Of a DNA stretch of 32,000 bases, positions 1-9,313 are shown piece after piece. The stretch is from assembly GCA_963704435.1 (NCBI GenBank), contig OY969902.1, positions 780,001 through 812,000 on the forward strand, in the 5' to 3' direction. This DNA comes from an uncultured archaeon (GTDB lineage: Archaea; Micrarchaeota; Micrarchaeia; Micrarchaeales; CABMGC01). The notes beneath the pieces were generated by a model. It saw only the letters and a list, made by a program, of their open reading frames with translations, was not told the DNA's origin and made no database searches. The stretch's first letter is position 1. Each line of letters starts with the position of its first letter. Both the position numbers and the translations under genes were made by a program.

Positions 1-14
1 CTGCATAGCATCAC

Positions 15-1109
15 CTATTGCCAGAAGTCCGATGACATCGCGTCATCGAGCTCACTCTTCAGGATATCTGGCATGTAGCCGTAGACGTTCTCGTACATTG
101 ACCTCGGGTCCGGCTTGAACTCCTTGGCCTTCTCGACCGCCTCGTCTATCTTGGCCAGCTGCTCCTCAGCCATCTTCTTCTCAGAATCATCATTCCAGAG
201 TCCCTTCCCAACGAGATACTTCCTAAGACGGTCTATCGGGTCCTTCTTGGCCCATTCAGCGACCTCGGCGTCTTCCCTGTACCTCGTCGGGTCGTCTGCA
301 GTTGTATGCATGCTCATCCTGTAAGTCACGCACTCTATCAGCGTAGGCCCGTCCTTGGCATTCTCTATCGCCTCTTTTGTCGCCTTGTATACCGCTATCA
401 CGTCGTTGCCGTCGACCTGTATGCACCTTATCCCGGCTGCGATGCCCTTCTGCGCTAGCGTCGCGGCAGCCGTCTGCCTGCTCCGCGGCACGGATATCGC
501 CCACTGGTTGTTCTCTATTATCGTGACGAGCGGCACCTTCCACACGCCAGCGAAGTTGAGCGCCTCGTAGAAATCGCCCTCAGAAGTTCCGCCGTCACCC
601 ACATAGGCGACGACCGCGGAATCCTCCCCGGCGTACTTCATCGCGAATGCCATCCCTGTGGCGTGCGGCATCTGCGTGGATACGGGCACGCATACGCACG
701 TCCCGTTAACGTCTTCGGGGCATCTGCTGCCGTCTTCGAACCCGCGCCAGTATATGAAGAAATTTTCGAGCGGGAAACCGCGGACCAGGAAGACGCCGTG
801 CTGCCTGAAGTTCGGGACGAAGAAGTCCTGTTTCCTCATGGCGAGCGCGCTCCCTATCTGGGTGGCCTCCTCGCCCACCAGCGGCGCATACGTTACAGCT
901 ATGCCCTGCCGCTGCAGGCTGAGCGCCTTGGCGTCCAGCGCCCTTGCAAACAGCATGTACTTCAGCATCTCAGTGAGCTTCGCGTCGTCCAGCTCCTTCG
1001 GAATGAGCGAGACGTTGGGAGTGCCGTTCTCGTCCAGCACCTGGAGATAGTCTATCGATCCCTCAAAGGCCTTGCCTGCCAGCGAAACACCGATTAGCAA
1101 TTGCAACAA
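15..1109 (-). CDS. pdhA: Pyruvate/2-oxoacid dehydrogenase E1 component alpha subunit
   Basis: 364 aa ORF with thiamine-diphosphate binding region GDGGTSEGDFYEALNFAGVWKVPLVTIIENNQWAIS and PTLIECVTYRMSMHTTADDP, typical of the E1-alpha family; exact start uncertain. Confidence 0.9.
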   Translation of the reverse strand: MLQLLIGVSLAGKAFEGSIDYLQVLDENGTPNVSLIPKELDDAKLTEMLKYMLFARALDAKALSLQRQGIAVTYAPLVGEEATQIGSALAMRKQDFFVPNFRQHGVFLVRGFPLENFFIYWRGFEDGSRCPEDVNGTCVCVPVSTQMPHATGMAFAMKYAGEDSAVVAYVGDGGTSEGDFYEALNFAGVWKVPLVTIIENNQWAISVPRSRQTAAATLAQKGIAAGIRCIQVDGNDVIAVYKATKEAIENAKDGPTLIECVTYRMSMHTTADDPTRYREDAEVAEWAKKDPIDRLRKYLVGKGLWNDDSEKKMAEEQLAKIDEAVEKAKEFKPDPRSMYENVYGYMPDILKSELDDAMSSDFWQ

Positions 1110-1187
1110 AGGGATATATTGATTACTGTGAAGCCAGATCTGCGCCCAGAATAACTGTTATTTAATAACGATATGTAATATCCTTCC

Positions 1188-1745
1188 ATGAAAGGAAGCA
1201 AACTTCCCGAATCTGATCTTGAGGTAAGGCCTTCCAAGATATCTGGCAAAGGTATTTTTGCAAAAGTCGATATCAAAAAGGGTCAAACGATTTGCTTTCT
1301 TTCGGGCGAAAGAATATCTTTTGAAGAGGCAATAAAAAGGGGAAACGCTGGGACCGAAAATTTATCCGATTCATTACAAGTAGGCGAAGAGGAGTATATC
1401 GACCTTGACGAATTCTCAAGAATATTTAACCATTCTTGCAATCCAAATTCTTTTATTAGAGGCCAGAGTGAATTAATCGCCCTTAGAGATATAAAACGCA
1501 ACGAAGAGATAACTTACGATTATTCATCTACGATGGACGACAATTATAGGAACGCATCTAGAAGCATATGGACAAATAACTGCAATTGCGGCGCTAAGAA
1601 TTGCAGAAAGTCGATAGATCAATTCAGGGAACTGCCTAGAAAGATACAGGACTTTTATTTAAAGAATAGATACGCGCCCGACTTTATTCTAAGAAAGTTC
1701 AGGCTCAGCCCCCGCCGCTCTCGTATGAACGCATCATGCGGTTGA
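1188..1745 (+). CDS. SET-domain protein (putative protein lysine methyltransferase)
   Basis: 185 aa; SKISGKGIFAKVDIKKGQTI, FNHSCNPNSFI, EEITYDYS and a post-SET-like CNCGAKNCRK motif; AT-richer than neighbours; 3' end overlaps the convergent permease gene. Confidence 0.85.
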   Translation: MKGSKLPESDLEVRPSKISGKGIFAKVDIKKGQTICFLSGERISFEEAIKRGNAGTENLSDSLQVGEEEYIDLDEFSRIFNHSCNPNSFIRGQSELIALRDIKRNEEITYDYSSTMDDNYRNASRSIWTNNCNCGAKNCRKSIDQFRELPRKIQDFYLKNRYAPDFILRKFRLSPRRSRMNASCG

Positions 1746-2499
1746 ACAGCTTGTAGAACGCATATATGAAGAACACCGACAGCGCGAGCAGAGCCACATA
1801 CACCTCAGGGGTAACGTTTCCGAGCAGCACCTGCAGCGGGTAGTAACCCGCTATGCCTATCGGAACGAAGAGCGTGAAGAACAGCTGGGCTATCCCGCCG
1901 TATATCGTGAGGGGGTAGGCAGTCAGCGTATCCATCGTGCCCGTGGCCTGGTTGATGAAGCTGCCGCTCTTCATCAATTTGTAGGACAGCACTGCCAGGG
2001 CCTGAAGGAACATAATCAGCGCCGCCACGCCCAGCAGGTAGAGCGGCAGGAACGCCGCGAATAGCAGCGGTGACAGCTGCAGGTGCTGGGCCGCATATGC
2101 CAGGAACAGGATGCTGCCAACCACGTTGGAGAGCAGCGAATAGACCTGGATGTCGTTGGCGAAGGACAGGTTCAGCACGCTGAGCGGACGGGTCATGTAG
2201 CTGTCCAGCTGCCCGTTCCTCAGGGTGTACGGCACGTGCGACGGGTTCGCTACGAAGCTGGCTATGCCGAACGTGAGCGATATCAGGTATGTGAGGAAGA
2301 GGAGCTGCCAGTAGCTCCACCCCGCTATGCCGCTGGATATGGAATAGATCACGGTTATCGCGATGAAGCTGAAGAACAGCGAAAGCACCGCCTGGCCCAC
2401 CCACAACCAAGCTTGCGTCCTGTACAGGAAGAATATCTTGGTCTTGTAGTAGACCGAGGCCAGGTAGTACGACAGCTCGTTAGATATGTTCGATACCAT
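1705..2499 (-). CDS. ABC-2 type transporter permease
   Basis: Hydrophobic multi-span protein; ORF extends to 2592 but the ATG near 2499 (MVSNISNELSYYLASVYYKTKIFF) just after the upstream stop is the likely start. Confidence 0.75.
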   Translation of the reverse strand: MVSNISNELSYYLASVYYKTKIFFLYRTQAWLWVGQAVLSLFFSFIAITVIYSISSGIAGWSYWQLLFLTYLISLTFGIASFVANPSHVPYTLRNGQLDSYMTRPLSVLNLSFANDIQVYSLLSNVVGSILFLAYAAQHLQLSPLLFAAFLPLYLLGVAALIMFLQALAVLSYKLMKSGSFINQATGTMDTLTAYPLTIYGGIAQLFFTLFVPIGIAGYYPLQVLLGNVTPEVYVALLALSVFFIYAFYKLFNRMMRSYESGGG

Positions 2500-2500
2500 G

Positions 2501-3301
2501 TCAGCCACCCGCGGACCCCATGTCCCTTGAGACCCTCTTCCACCAGACATATGCCAGCACCGCAAGCGCAGCTGCCCACGCGAGCGCCACAAGTATCCCG
2601 CTCGTCATCTGGGCGACGCTCAGCGTCCCGAGGAGCGTTGCCACGGGAAGGTAGCACATTACGGGGAAGGGCGAAAGCATCAACAATTGCTGCGCATATG
2701 GGGGGAAGAAGTTCAGCGGCATCATCATCCCCGAAAGCAGCCATGCCACGGTCCAGACCGCAGTGTAGAGTCCGTACACATTCGTGAGGCGTATCGCCGA
2801 CGTCCCTATGAAGAACCCGATCAAGTTCACGATTACCGCGCCCACCAGCACCTCGACGATGAGCAGCGCCAGCGTGGTCAGCGTAAGTGTAAGGTGGAAA
2901 GCGAAGAACGTGAGTGCGAAGAGCGGCACAGCCAGCAGCACCATGTCCACGGCCCCCACTGCAAACGCCCGGGAGAGCACGTTGAGGGGATAGCTCATGG
3001 GCTTCACGCGCGCGGAGGCGACTGCGCCTCCCTGTACATCATCCTGTATCACGTCCGTTACCAGATCATCGATCAGGAGCATGACCGGCATCGTGAGGAA
3101 GAAGTATGCCAGGGTCTCAGGAAGCGTGAATCCGCCGATCGTGGCAGCGCTGGTGTTCAGGTATATGGCTGTCCACACCATCAGCATTATCAATGGCCTG
3201 GCTATCCTGAAGACGAGGTACACCACGTAGTCAGCCTTGTACGCCAGCTGGCTCTTGATTCCAGTCTTGAAAACAGCGATGTACCCTGATGCGTTGGCCA
3301 T
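2501..3301 (-). CDS. ABC-2 type transporter permease
   Basis: 266 aa multi-span protein (YVVYLVFRIARPLIMLMVWTAIYL...); directly followed by a second permease and preceded by an ATPase. Confidence 0.75.
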   Translation of the reverse strand: MANASGYIAVFKTGIKSQLAYKADYVVYLVFRIARPLIMLMVWTAIYLNTSAATIGGFTLPETLAYFFLTMPVMLLIDDLVTDVIQDDVQGGAVASARVKPMSYPLNVLSRAFAVGAVDMVLLAVPLFALTFFAFHLTLTLTTLALLIVEVLVGAVIVNLIGFFIGTSAIRLTNVYGLYTAVWTVAWLLSGMMMPLNFFPPYAQQLLMLSPFPVMCYLPVATLLGTLSVAQMTSGILVALAWAAALAVLAYVWWKRVSRDMGSAGG

Positions 3302-3302
3302 G

Positions 3303-4295
3303 CTACGCGCCCTTCAGGGGAGGTTTCGCGCGCCGCACCTTGTACAGCTTCATCAGTATCTCGTTCAGGCCCTGCTCGCCCACCTTGTAGTCGGTCACGT
3401 CACCCTTGGACAGCAGGCGCGTGAATCCCTTGCTCGTGAGCGTGCGCGGCTCGACCTCCATCTTTATGTAGTTGCCCTCTACCTCCACGACCTTGCCAAG
3501 CTTCGCGTACTGCAGGTAGTCGGGGGTCTTTCCGAATTCGAGCTCAACCGTCTTCTTGTTGCCGAATAGCGTCTCCAGCCTGCGCCTGGGGCCGTCGAAT
3601 ATCACCCGCCCGTTGTCGAGCGCCAGTATGCGCTCGGCCATGGTTATGTCCTCGATTATGTGCGTCGTGAGCAGGAATGTGGTGCCGTTCTCCTTCCTGG
3701 TCTCCAGTATCGCGGTCCTAAGCGCCTGCTTCGACGGGAGGTCGACGCCTATGGTGGGCTCGTCCAGTATCACCAGCTCGGGCGCGTGCAGCATCGAGGC
3801 CACGAAGTTGCATTTCATCTGCTCCCCGAGCGAGAGGGTGCGCACCTGCCTCTTGTAGACTCCGCGCAGCTCCAGCATGTCGAGGAAGTAGTCCAGCCTG
3901 TTTGCGAAATCCTGGCGGGGAACGTTGTATATGCTCCTCATCAGGTTGAAGCTGTCCAGCGCGGGAAGGTCCCAGTACAGCTGCCCGTGCGCGCCGAGCA
4001 CGATGCCCATGCGCCTGACCAGGTCGATGCGTTGCTCCCATGGGTCGAAGTCGAGTATCCTTGCGCTCCCCGAAGTGGGGAAGAGTATGCCGCACATTAT
4101 CTTTATCAGCGTGCTCTTGCCGCTGCCGTTCTTGCCGAGCAGCGCGACTATCTCTCCCTTGTCCACGGTGAAGCTTACTCCATTCAAGGCGTGCTTGGTG
4201 TAGGACTTCCTCCGGAAAGAGAACAGGTCGGAGCCCTTGCTCTCGTAGGCCTTGAAGTCCTTCTTGATTCCTTTTACAGATATCAGGTGTTCCAT
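3303..4295 (-). CDS. ABC transporter ATP-binding protein
   Basis: Walker A GKNGSGKSTL, signature LSLGEQMKCN, Walker B LVILDEPTIGVD; probable start at MEHLISVKGIKK (ORF extends to 4331). Confidence 0.9.
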   Translation of the reverse strand: MEHLISVKGIKKDFKAYESKGSDLFSFRRKSYTKHALNGVSFTVDKGEIVALLGKNGSGKSTLIKIMCGILFPTSGSARILDFDPWEQRIDLVRRMGIVLGAHGQLYWDLPALDSFNLMRSIYNVPRQDFANRLDYFLDMLELRGVYKRQVRTLSLGEQMKCNFVASMLHAPELVILDEPTIGVDLPSKQALRTAILETRKENGTTFLLTTHIIEDITMAERILALDNGRVIFDGPRRRLETLFGNKKTVELEFGKTPDYLQYAKLGKVVEVEGNYIKMEVEPRTLTSKGFTRLLSKGDVTDYKVGEQGLNEILMKLYKVRRAKPPLKGA

Positions 4296-4355
4296 GAGCG
4301 TCAACCCGAGATTGTCCGCGCGGACAAGCAATGCTAACTCGCATTTCTGTGTGGT

Positions 4356-5573
4356 ATGTGTCAGAATAGGAATAAATCCCTTGCGGGCGCGCTTAGTCTT
4401 AAAAGCTTCACAAACTCAATGTACTTTATGAGGGACATAGCCTCCCTAGAGGTAAGCGTCGTGGTAGCTGAGCTTCGCGACCGGCTCGCCTCTGCGTTCT
4501 TCAAGAACTTCTACGAGCTGGGCGACGGCGCGTTCCTGCTCGCGCTGTCCAAGGAGCGCAAGGAGACCGACATCTACATCCGGCTCAACAAGACAGTGAA
4601 CGCCACATCGTTCAAGGAGCGGCCCCCCGAGCCGACGCAGTTCGCCAAGTCGGTCAGGGCGAAGCTCAGCGGGACGAGGATGAAGTCCCTGGAGCAGCAT
4701 GGATTAGATAGGATAGTGGTGATGGACTTCGAGGGGTCTGGTGGCGAGAGGCGGCTCGTGATAGAGCTCTTCGGCAAGGGCAACCTGCTCATCGTGGCCG
4801 GCAAGGACAGCATCACCGAGCTCGCCTACCGGAATGTGAGCTTCAGGGAGCGCGAGACCAGGAGGAACATGGTCTACGGCTTCCCCAAGAGCGGGTCCAT
4901 AGGGCCTGAGGAGATGACCCCAGAGGGCGTGGCGCACGTCGTGAAAGAGGTCAAGGGGTCGGAGGGCAAGCTGATATCAGAGCTGTCGAGGCGCATAGGC
5001 ATCGGGCCCATCTACATCGAGGACGTAATAGCGAGGGCGGGCCTGGACCCTAACGCGCCGGCGTCGGGTCAGGACATCGAGCGGAGCGGCATAATCAAGG
5101 AGATCCTAGCGCTGTTCAAAGCAGTTAAGGAGCCGTCGCCCCTGATTTACGTGAGCAGGCCGGACAACGCGTACGTTGACTTCGCGCTACTGCCGCTGCA
5201 GAAGTACAAGGGCAACAACGGCCTTGAGGAAATGGCGTTCCATGGCAAGTCCCAGCTGAACGACCTGCTGGACGAGCTCTACCTGAAGGAGAGGTCAACA
5301 GGCCTGGACAGCGCGAAGGCCGGCAAGATAAAGGAGCTTGAGTCGAGCATAGGCAAGCTTAGGAAACAGGCAGAGGAGCTGGACGGAAAGGCGGCGGAGT
5401 ACGCGGCCATTGGGAACCGGATATTCGAGCGCATGAACGACATCAACGCGCTGATAGCGCAGGCCAGGGAGTCAAGGCCCAAGAGCGCAAAGGACCTAGA
5501 GGGGATGCCAGGCATTATGGTCAAGTCCGTGGACCCCAAAAGCAAAACGATTAAAATAGAGCTTGCAGACTAA
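4356..5573 (+). CDS. NFACT-family (RqcH/Tae2-like) protein, apparently lacking the C-terminal NFACT-R domain
   Basis: NFACT-N-like sequence (YFMRDIASLEVSVVVAELRDRL..., NKTVNATSFKERPPEPTQFAKSVRAKLSGTRM, VIELFGKGNLLIV) plus a coiled-coil region; stops after KSVDPKSKTIKIELAD; true start probably the in-frame ATG at MYFMRD or MRD. Confidence 0.8.
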   Translation: MCQNRNKSLAGALSLKSFTNSMYFMRDIASLEVSVVVAELRDRLASAFFKNFYELGDGAFLLALSKERKETDIYIRLNKTVNATSFKERPPEPTQFAKSVRAKLSGTRMKSLEQHGLDRIVVMDFEGSGGERRLVIELFGKGNLLIVAGKDSITELAYRNVSFRERETRRNMVYGFPKSGSIGPEEMTPEGVAHVVKEVKGSEGKLISELSRRIGIGPIYIEDVIARAGLDPNAPASGQDIERSGIIKEILALFKAVKEPSPLIYVSRPDNAYVDFALLPLQKYKGNNGLEEMAFHGKSQLNDLLDELYLKERSTGLDSAKAGKIKELESSIGKLRKQAEELDGKAAEYAAIGNRIFERMNDINALIAQARESRPKSAKDLEGMPGIMVKSVDPKSKTIKIELAD

Positions 5574-5591
5574 TACCAGAGGCTGCTTTGA

Positions 5592-6482
5592 ATGATCAAG
5601 ACCGTAATCCTCGGGACTTCGGGCTCCGCGCCCACGAAGGAGCGCCATCTTCCCAGCGTGGTGATGGTGCGCGAGGGCGATATGCTCATGTTCGACTGCG
5701 GCGAGGGTACGCAGTTCCAGATGCTGAAGTACGGGCTCAACGCGGTCAGGATAAAGGCGATATTCATCAGCCACGCCCACGGCGACCACATCATAGGCAT
5801 AGCCGGCCTCGTGAGGACGATGGCCCTGAACTCCAGGAAGGCGCCGCTCTACATCTTCGTGCCCGAGGGCTACGAGAAGACCGTGAACGCGCTGCTGGTG
5901 TTCGACAAGGCGGTCATCCCATACCGCGTAGTTGTTAAGGGCGTCAGGTCTGGCGTAGTGTGCAGGGGGAAGGGCTATTCCGTCACCGCATTCAGGCTGA
6001 ATCACACAATACCCACCTATGGCTACGCGCTGAAGGAGGACGACAGGCTCAGGTTCAACAAGGACTTGGCGAAGCGGTTCGGCATAAAGGGCAGGATGTT
6101 CAAGGAGTTGCAGGAGAAGGGCAAAATAAACATTGGAGGAAGGACCGTGAGGATCGGGCAGCTGACCAGAAAGCAGACGGGAGTGAAGGTAGTGTATGCA
6201 ACGGACACAAGGCCAACAAAGGCGACTGAGATCGCGGCGAAAGGAGCCGACCTGCTGATACATGAGGCAGCGTACTCGGAAGCCGAGAAGAAGCTGGCCG
6301 TGCAGAGGAAACACTCCACATCAAGTGAGGCAGCGGAGCTCGCAAAGAAGGCAGAGGTAAAGAGGCTCGTGCTGACACACGTAAGCGCAAGGCACAGGGA
6401 TGCGTCCGCGCTTCTCATACCTGCGAAGAGGATATTCAGGAACACGTCAGTAGCGAACGACGGCGACACGATAACTGTCTAG
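5592..6482 (+). CDS. rnz: Ribonuclease Z
   Basis: 296 aa metallo-beta-lactamase fold protein: GTSGSAPTKERHLPS, FISHAHGDHIIGIAGL, LTHVSARH. Confidence 0.92.
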   Translation: MIKTVILGTSGSAPTKERHLPSVVMVREGDMLMFDCGEGTQFQMLKYGLNAVRIKAIFISHAHGDHIIGIAGLVRTMALNSRKAPLYIFVPEGYEKTVNALLVFDKAVIPYRVVVKGVRSGVVCRGKGYSVTAFRLNHTIPTYGYALKEDDRLRFNKDLAKRFGIKGRMFKELQEKGKINIGGRTVRIGQLTRKQTGVKVVYATDTRPTKATEIAAKGADLLIHEAAYSEAEKKLAVQRKHSTSSEAAELAKKAEVKRLVLTHVSARHRDASALLIPAKRIFRNTSVANDGDTITV

Positions 6483-6519
6483 TTTTTTATACTATTAGCG
6501 AGCAATCAGATAACCGCAA

Positions 6520-6590
6520 GGAGGCATAGTCTAGTGGTAGGACGGCAGATTGACATTCTGCAAGCCGGGGTCCGATTCCCTGTGCCTCCA
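6520..6590 (+). tRNA. tRNA-Val (anticodon GAC)
   Basis: 71 nt manual cloverleaf: acceptor GGAGGCA/TGCCTCC, D-stem GTCT/GGAC, anticodon arm GCAGA-TTGACAT-TCTGC, T-stem CGGGG/CCCTG, discriminator A, followed by TTTT. Confidence 0.9.
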
Positions 6591-6670
6591 TTTTAACAAC
6601 CTACGATTACCAAGTGGGAGACTTTTCCTTCTTAAAGGGCTATGGTCCGAATATCCCGACCAGCTCAAAC

Positions 6671-7480
6671 CTACTGCCTGAGCTCCAGCAGCATCGCCGA
6701 GTGGTCGCTGAGCCCGGACTCCCTCACTCCGTGCAGGTAGGAGCAGCTACTTACAAAGGGCAGAATGCTATCTGTCGCGAACGCGTGGTCGAAGCGGTAG
6801 CCAATCCCCTCCCTGCTGATCCATGAGTGGTCGGTCTCCTTCGGGTGCATAAGCTTGAACAGGTCGGTGAACCCGTGTTTTCCAAATGCGCTGTAGAAGC
6901 CCTCCATGCCCTTGTACGAGGGGTGGTAGGGGACGTGGTTTGGCTCGAGGAAGTTCATGTCCCCCAAGATCAGCCAGGCCTTGAACTTCCTCCTGATCTT
7001 TGCGTCGGAAATCAGCTCCTCGAACGCGCCCATTAACTCGGCCTGCGTGCTGTGCGCGTGAGGCCCCGGCACGTAGGCGCCGGTCACGAGGACGCTCCTG
7101 CCGAAGAGGTCGCACTCGAGCGACGGGACCCTGTAGGTCAGTTTGGCGATGCGCAAATCCGAGACCCGCTCCGAAACGCCCCTCGCGGCCAGGATGGTGC
7201 AGTAGTCGCCGCCCTCCGGCTTCGGGAAAACGACGGTGTACCCGAGGCTGGCGAGCCTGTCCTTTATGTATGCGCAGCCCCTCGAGTGCTTAGCCTCTGA
7301 CAGCGCGACGATGTCGAAACCTTCCTCCTCCAGCCACACCATCTGCTTCACGGCCCTCTTCAACGACGGGTTCTGTATGTTCCATCCGAGGCACATTATC
7401 GTGTCCGAGCCTGTCGCCTTCCTTTCGGTGGGAGAATCAAGGAATATCTGCTTTCCCGCGCCGGAGACCCTGAAAGCCAT
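6671..7480 (-). CDS. Endonuclease/exonuclease/phosphatase-family protein
   Basis: 269 aa: MCLGWNIQNPSL, DIVALSEAKH, WLILGDMNF, DHSAMLLEL motifs. Confidence 0.75.
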   Translation of the reverse strand: MAFRVSGAGKQIFLDSPTERKATGSDTIMCLGWNIQNPSLKRAVKQMVWLEEEGFDIVALSEAKHSRGCAYIKDRLASLGYTVVFPKPEGGDYCTILAARGVSERVSDLRIAKLTYRVPSLECDLFGRSVLVTGAYVPGPHAHSTQAELMGAFEELISDAKIRRKFKAWLILGDMNFLEPNHVPYHPSYKGMEGFYSAFGKHGFTDLFKLMHPKETDHSWISREGIGYRFDHAFATDSILPFVSSCSYLHGVRESGLSDHSAMLLELRQ

Positions 7481-7489
7481 GCCAAACCG

Positions 7490-7822
7490 CTATTCTATCT
7501 TGTAGACCGCGCTGCCCCGCTGCACGGGATGGTTGACCATTATCCCCACGTCGTCGCCGTCGGACGCCTCACTGACGTCCTTCCTGTCTATCTGCATGCT
7601 AGACACCTTCTGCCTTATCGCTACCTCCTCATTCTCTATCTCTATGGTATCGCCGACCCTCAGCGTGCCGCTGAGCCTTATGGCCGCGACCCCCAGCTTG
7701 CTGAAGAAGTGCTCGACATTGCCGATGGGCGTCCTTTCCATGGCTGCCTTAGGCTGCTGCGCGCCCCTCGCCCTCTCCTCCTTCAGGTTCGCGACCTCCA
7801 TCTCGTTGTCGATGTCGTCCAA
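7490..7822 (-). CDS. Small translation-factor domain 2-like (EF-Tu beta-barrel-like) protein
   Basis: 110 aa: PIGNVEHFFSKLGVAAIRLSGTLRVGDTIEI...VSSMQIDRKDVSEASDGDDVGIMV resembles EF-Tu/IF2 domain 2 without a G domain. Confidence 0.65.
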   Translation of the reverse strand: MDDIDNEMEVANLKEERARGAQQPKAAMERTPIGNVEHFFSKLGVAAIRLSGTLRVGDTIEIENEEVAIRQKVSSMQIDRKDVSEASDGDDVGIMVNHPVQRGSAVYKIE

Positions 7823-7946
7823 GCAATCACCAACGCCACGCGAATACCATGGCTGCGTGTTTTTATATGCCTTTCAGCGCAGCCTTGCAAGCGAAACATT
7901 TGGCAATCTATTTAAGCTGGACCTGCCAATCTTACCTCGTCAAGCG

Positions 7947-8333
7947 ATGATCCGTGATATGATGCCTGAAAAGACGCCTGAGAAGAAGCAGATGTGGAAA
8001 TACGTCAAGATATTGGGAATAGTCGTTCTCGTACTGGGAGTGGCGCTGCTGGGCTATTCGGCCTACACCCTGCTGGCAGGCCCCGCGAGCTACTCGCAGC
8101 ACGCTTTTACCATGAACGCGACCGCGCGCGCGGCTTTCAACGCCACGCGAGCTGCCGCAGGCGCCCGCCTCAACCAGTCGCGATACACGGCAATTGCTGC
8201 AACCGGTGCGTACGGAGCGCGCGGAGGGATGGGCAACGTGCTGTCCGGCATACTCCTGATACTGCTGGGCGCGCTGCTGTTCAAGTACGCGCAGCTCAAG
8301 GAGACCATACGCCTGCACACTTCCAAGAAGTAG
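7947..8333 (+). CDS. Small membrane protein, two predicted TM segments
   Basis: 128 aa; hydrophobic stretches ILGIVVLVLGVALLGYSAYTLL and VLSGILLILLGALLF; start chosen at ATG in frame with the longer ORF 7533..8333. Confidence 0.55.
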   Translation: MIRDMMPEKTPEKKQMWKYVKILGIVVLVLGVALLGYSAYTLLAGPASYSQHAFTMNATARAAFNATRAAAGARLNQSRYTAIAATGAYGARGGMGNVLSGILLILLGALLFKYAQLKETIRLHTSKK

Positions 8334-8397
8334 GGCGGAACCCCGACGTGCCATGAGAAGTCTTATATCTTGTGCAGTTCAGGTTTTACCCGATGGC

Positions 8398-8778
8398 ATG
8401 AAGCTGCGGAAGCTCACCCAGGAGGAGAAGCGCGTAATAATCAACAGGGACACCGAGGCGCCCTTCTCAGGCGAGTACGACCGCAATTTCAAGCAGGGGA
8501 CCTATGTCTGCAAGCAGTGCGGAGCCCCTCTCTACAGGTCCGAAGACAAGTTCGACGCCAGATGCGGCTGGCCCAGCTTCGACGACGAGATAAAGGGGGC
8601 CGTGAAGAGGACCCCCGACCCGGATGGCATGAGGGTGGAGATTCAGTGCGCCAGGTGCGGTGCTCACCTGGGCCACGTGTTCTTTGGGGAGATGCTGACT
8701 CCGAAGAACGTCAGGCACTGCGTCAACTCCATATCGCTGCTGTTCATTCCCAAGGGGCGCGTCAAGGATGAGAAGTGA
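8398..8778 (+). CDS. msrB: Peptide-methionine (R)-S-oxide reductase MsrB
   Basis: YVCKQCGAPLYRSEDKFDARCGWPSF, CARCGAHLGHVF, RHCVNSISLLF; ORF extends upstream to 8353. Confidence 0.93.
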   Translation: MKLRKLTQEEKRVIINRDTEAPFSGEYDRNFKQGTYVCKQCGAPLYRSEDKFDARCGWPSFDDEIKGAVKRTPDPDGMRVEIQCARCGAHLGHVFFGEMLTPKNVRHCVNSISLLFIPKGRVKDEK

Positions 8779-9301
8779 GACCGAAACGATAGTCTTCGGA
8801 GGTGGCTGCTTCTGGTGCACTGAAGCTGTGTTCAAGCTCATCAAGGGGGTCTCCAAGACCGAGCCCGGCTATGCCGGAGGCACAGCGAAAAATCCCACCT
8901 ACGAGCAGGTCTGCTCCGGGAAGACGGGGCACGCCGAGGTCCTGCGAGTGGAGTACGAACCCCAGACGATACCGCTCGGGAAGCTGCTTGAGGTCTTCGT
9001 GGGCATGCACGATCCCACGTCGCTCAACAGGCAGGGCCCAGACACCGGCAACCAGTACCGGTCGATCATACTCTACAGGTCAGATGCGCAGAGGAAGGAG
9101 ATAGAGTCCTTCCTTAAGAAGGCCCAGGCGGATTTCGACAAGCCAATCGTCACCGAGGTCAAGAAGCTCGACGCATTCTATCCCGCCGAGGAGTACCACA
9201 GGGATTACTACCGCAGGAACCCGCTGCAGCCTTACTGCCTGATCGAGATCGGGCCGAAGATAGCCAAAGTCAAGAGGAAGTTCGCCAGCCTTATGAAGTG
9301 A
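8768..9301 (+). CDS. msrA: Peptide-methionine (S)-S-oxide reductase MsrA
   Basis: GGGCFWCTEAVF active site, PGYAGG, FVGMHDPTSLNRQGPDTGNQYRSI, DFDKPIVTEV. Confidence 0.95.
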   Translation: MRSETETIVFGGGCFWCTEAVFKLIKGVSKTEPGYAGGTAKNPTYEQVCSGKTGHAEVLRVEYEPQTIPLGKLLEVFVGMHDPTSLNRQGPDTGNQYRSIILYRSDAQRKEIESFLKKAQADFDKPIVTEVKKLDAFYPAEEYHRDYYRRNPLQPYCLIEIGPKIAKVKRKFASLMK

Positions 9302-9313
9302 ACACGTGGTCGC

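Noticed and set aside
8398-9301. msrB-msrA overlap as a novel fusion or system
   Set aside because: Separate overlapping msrB and msrA genes are a well-known arrangement.
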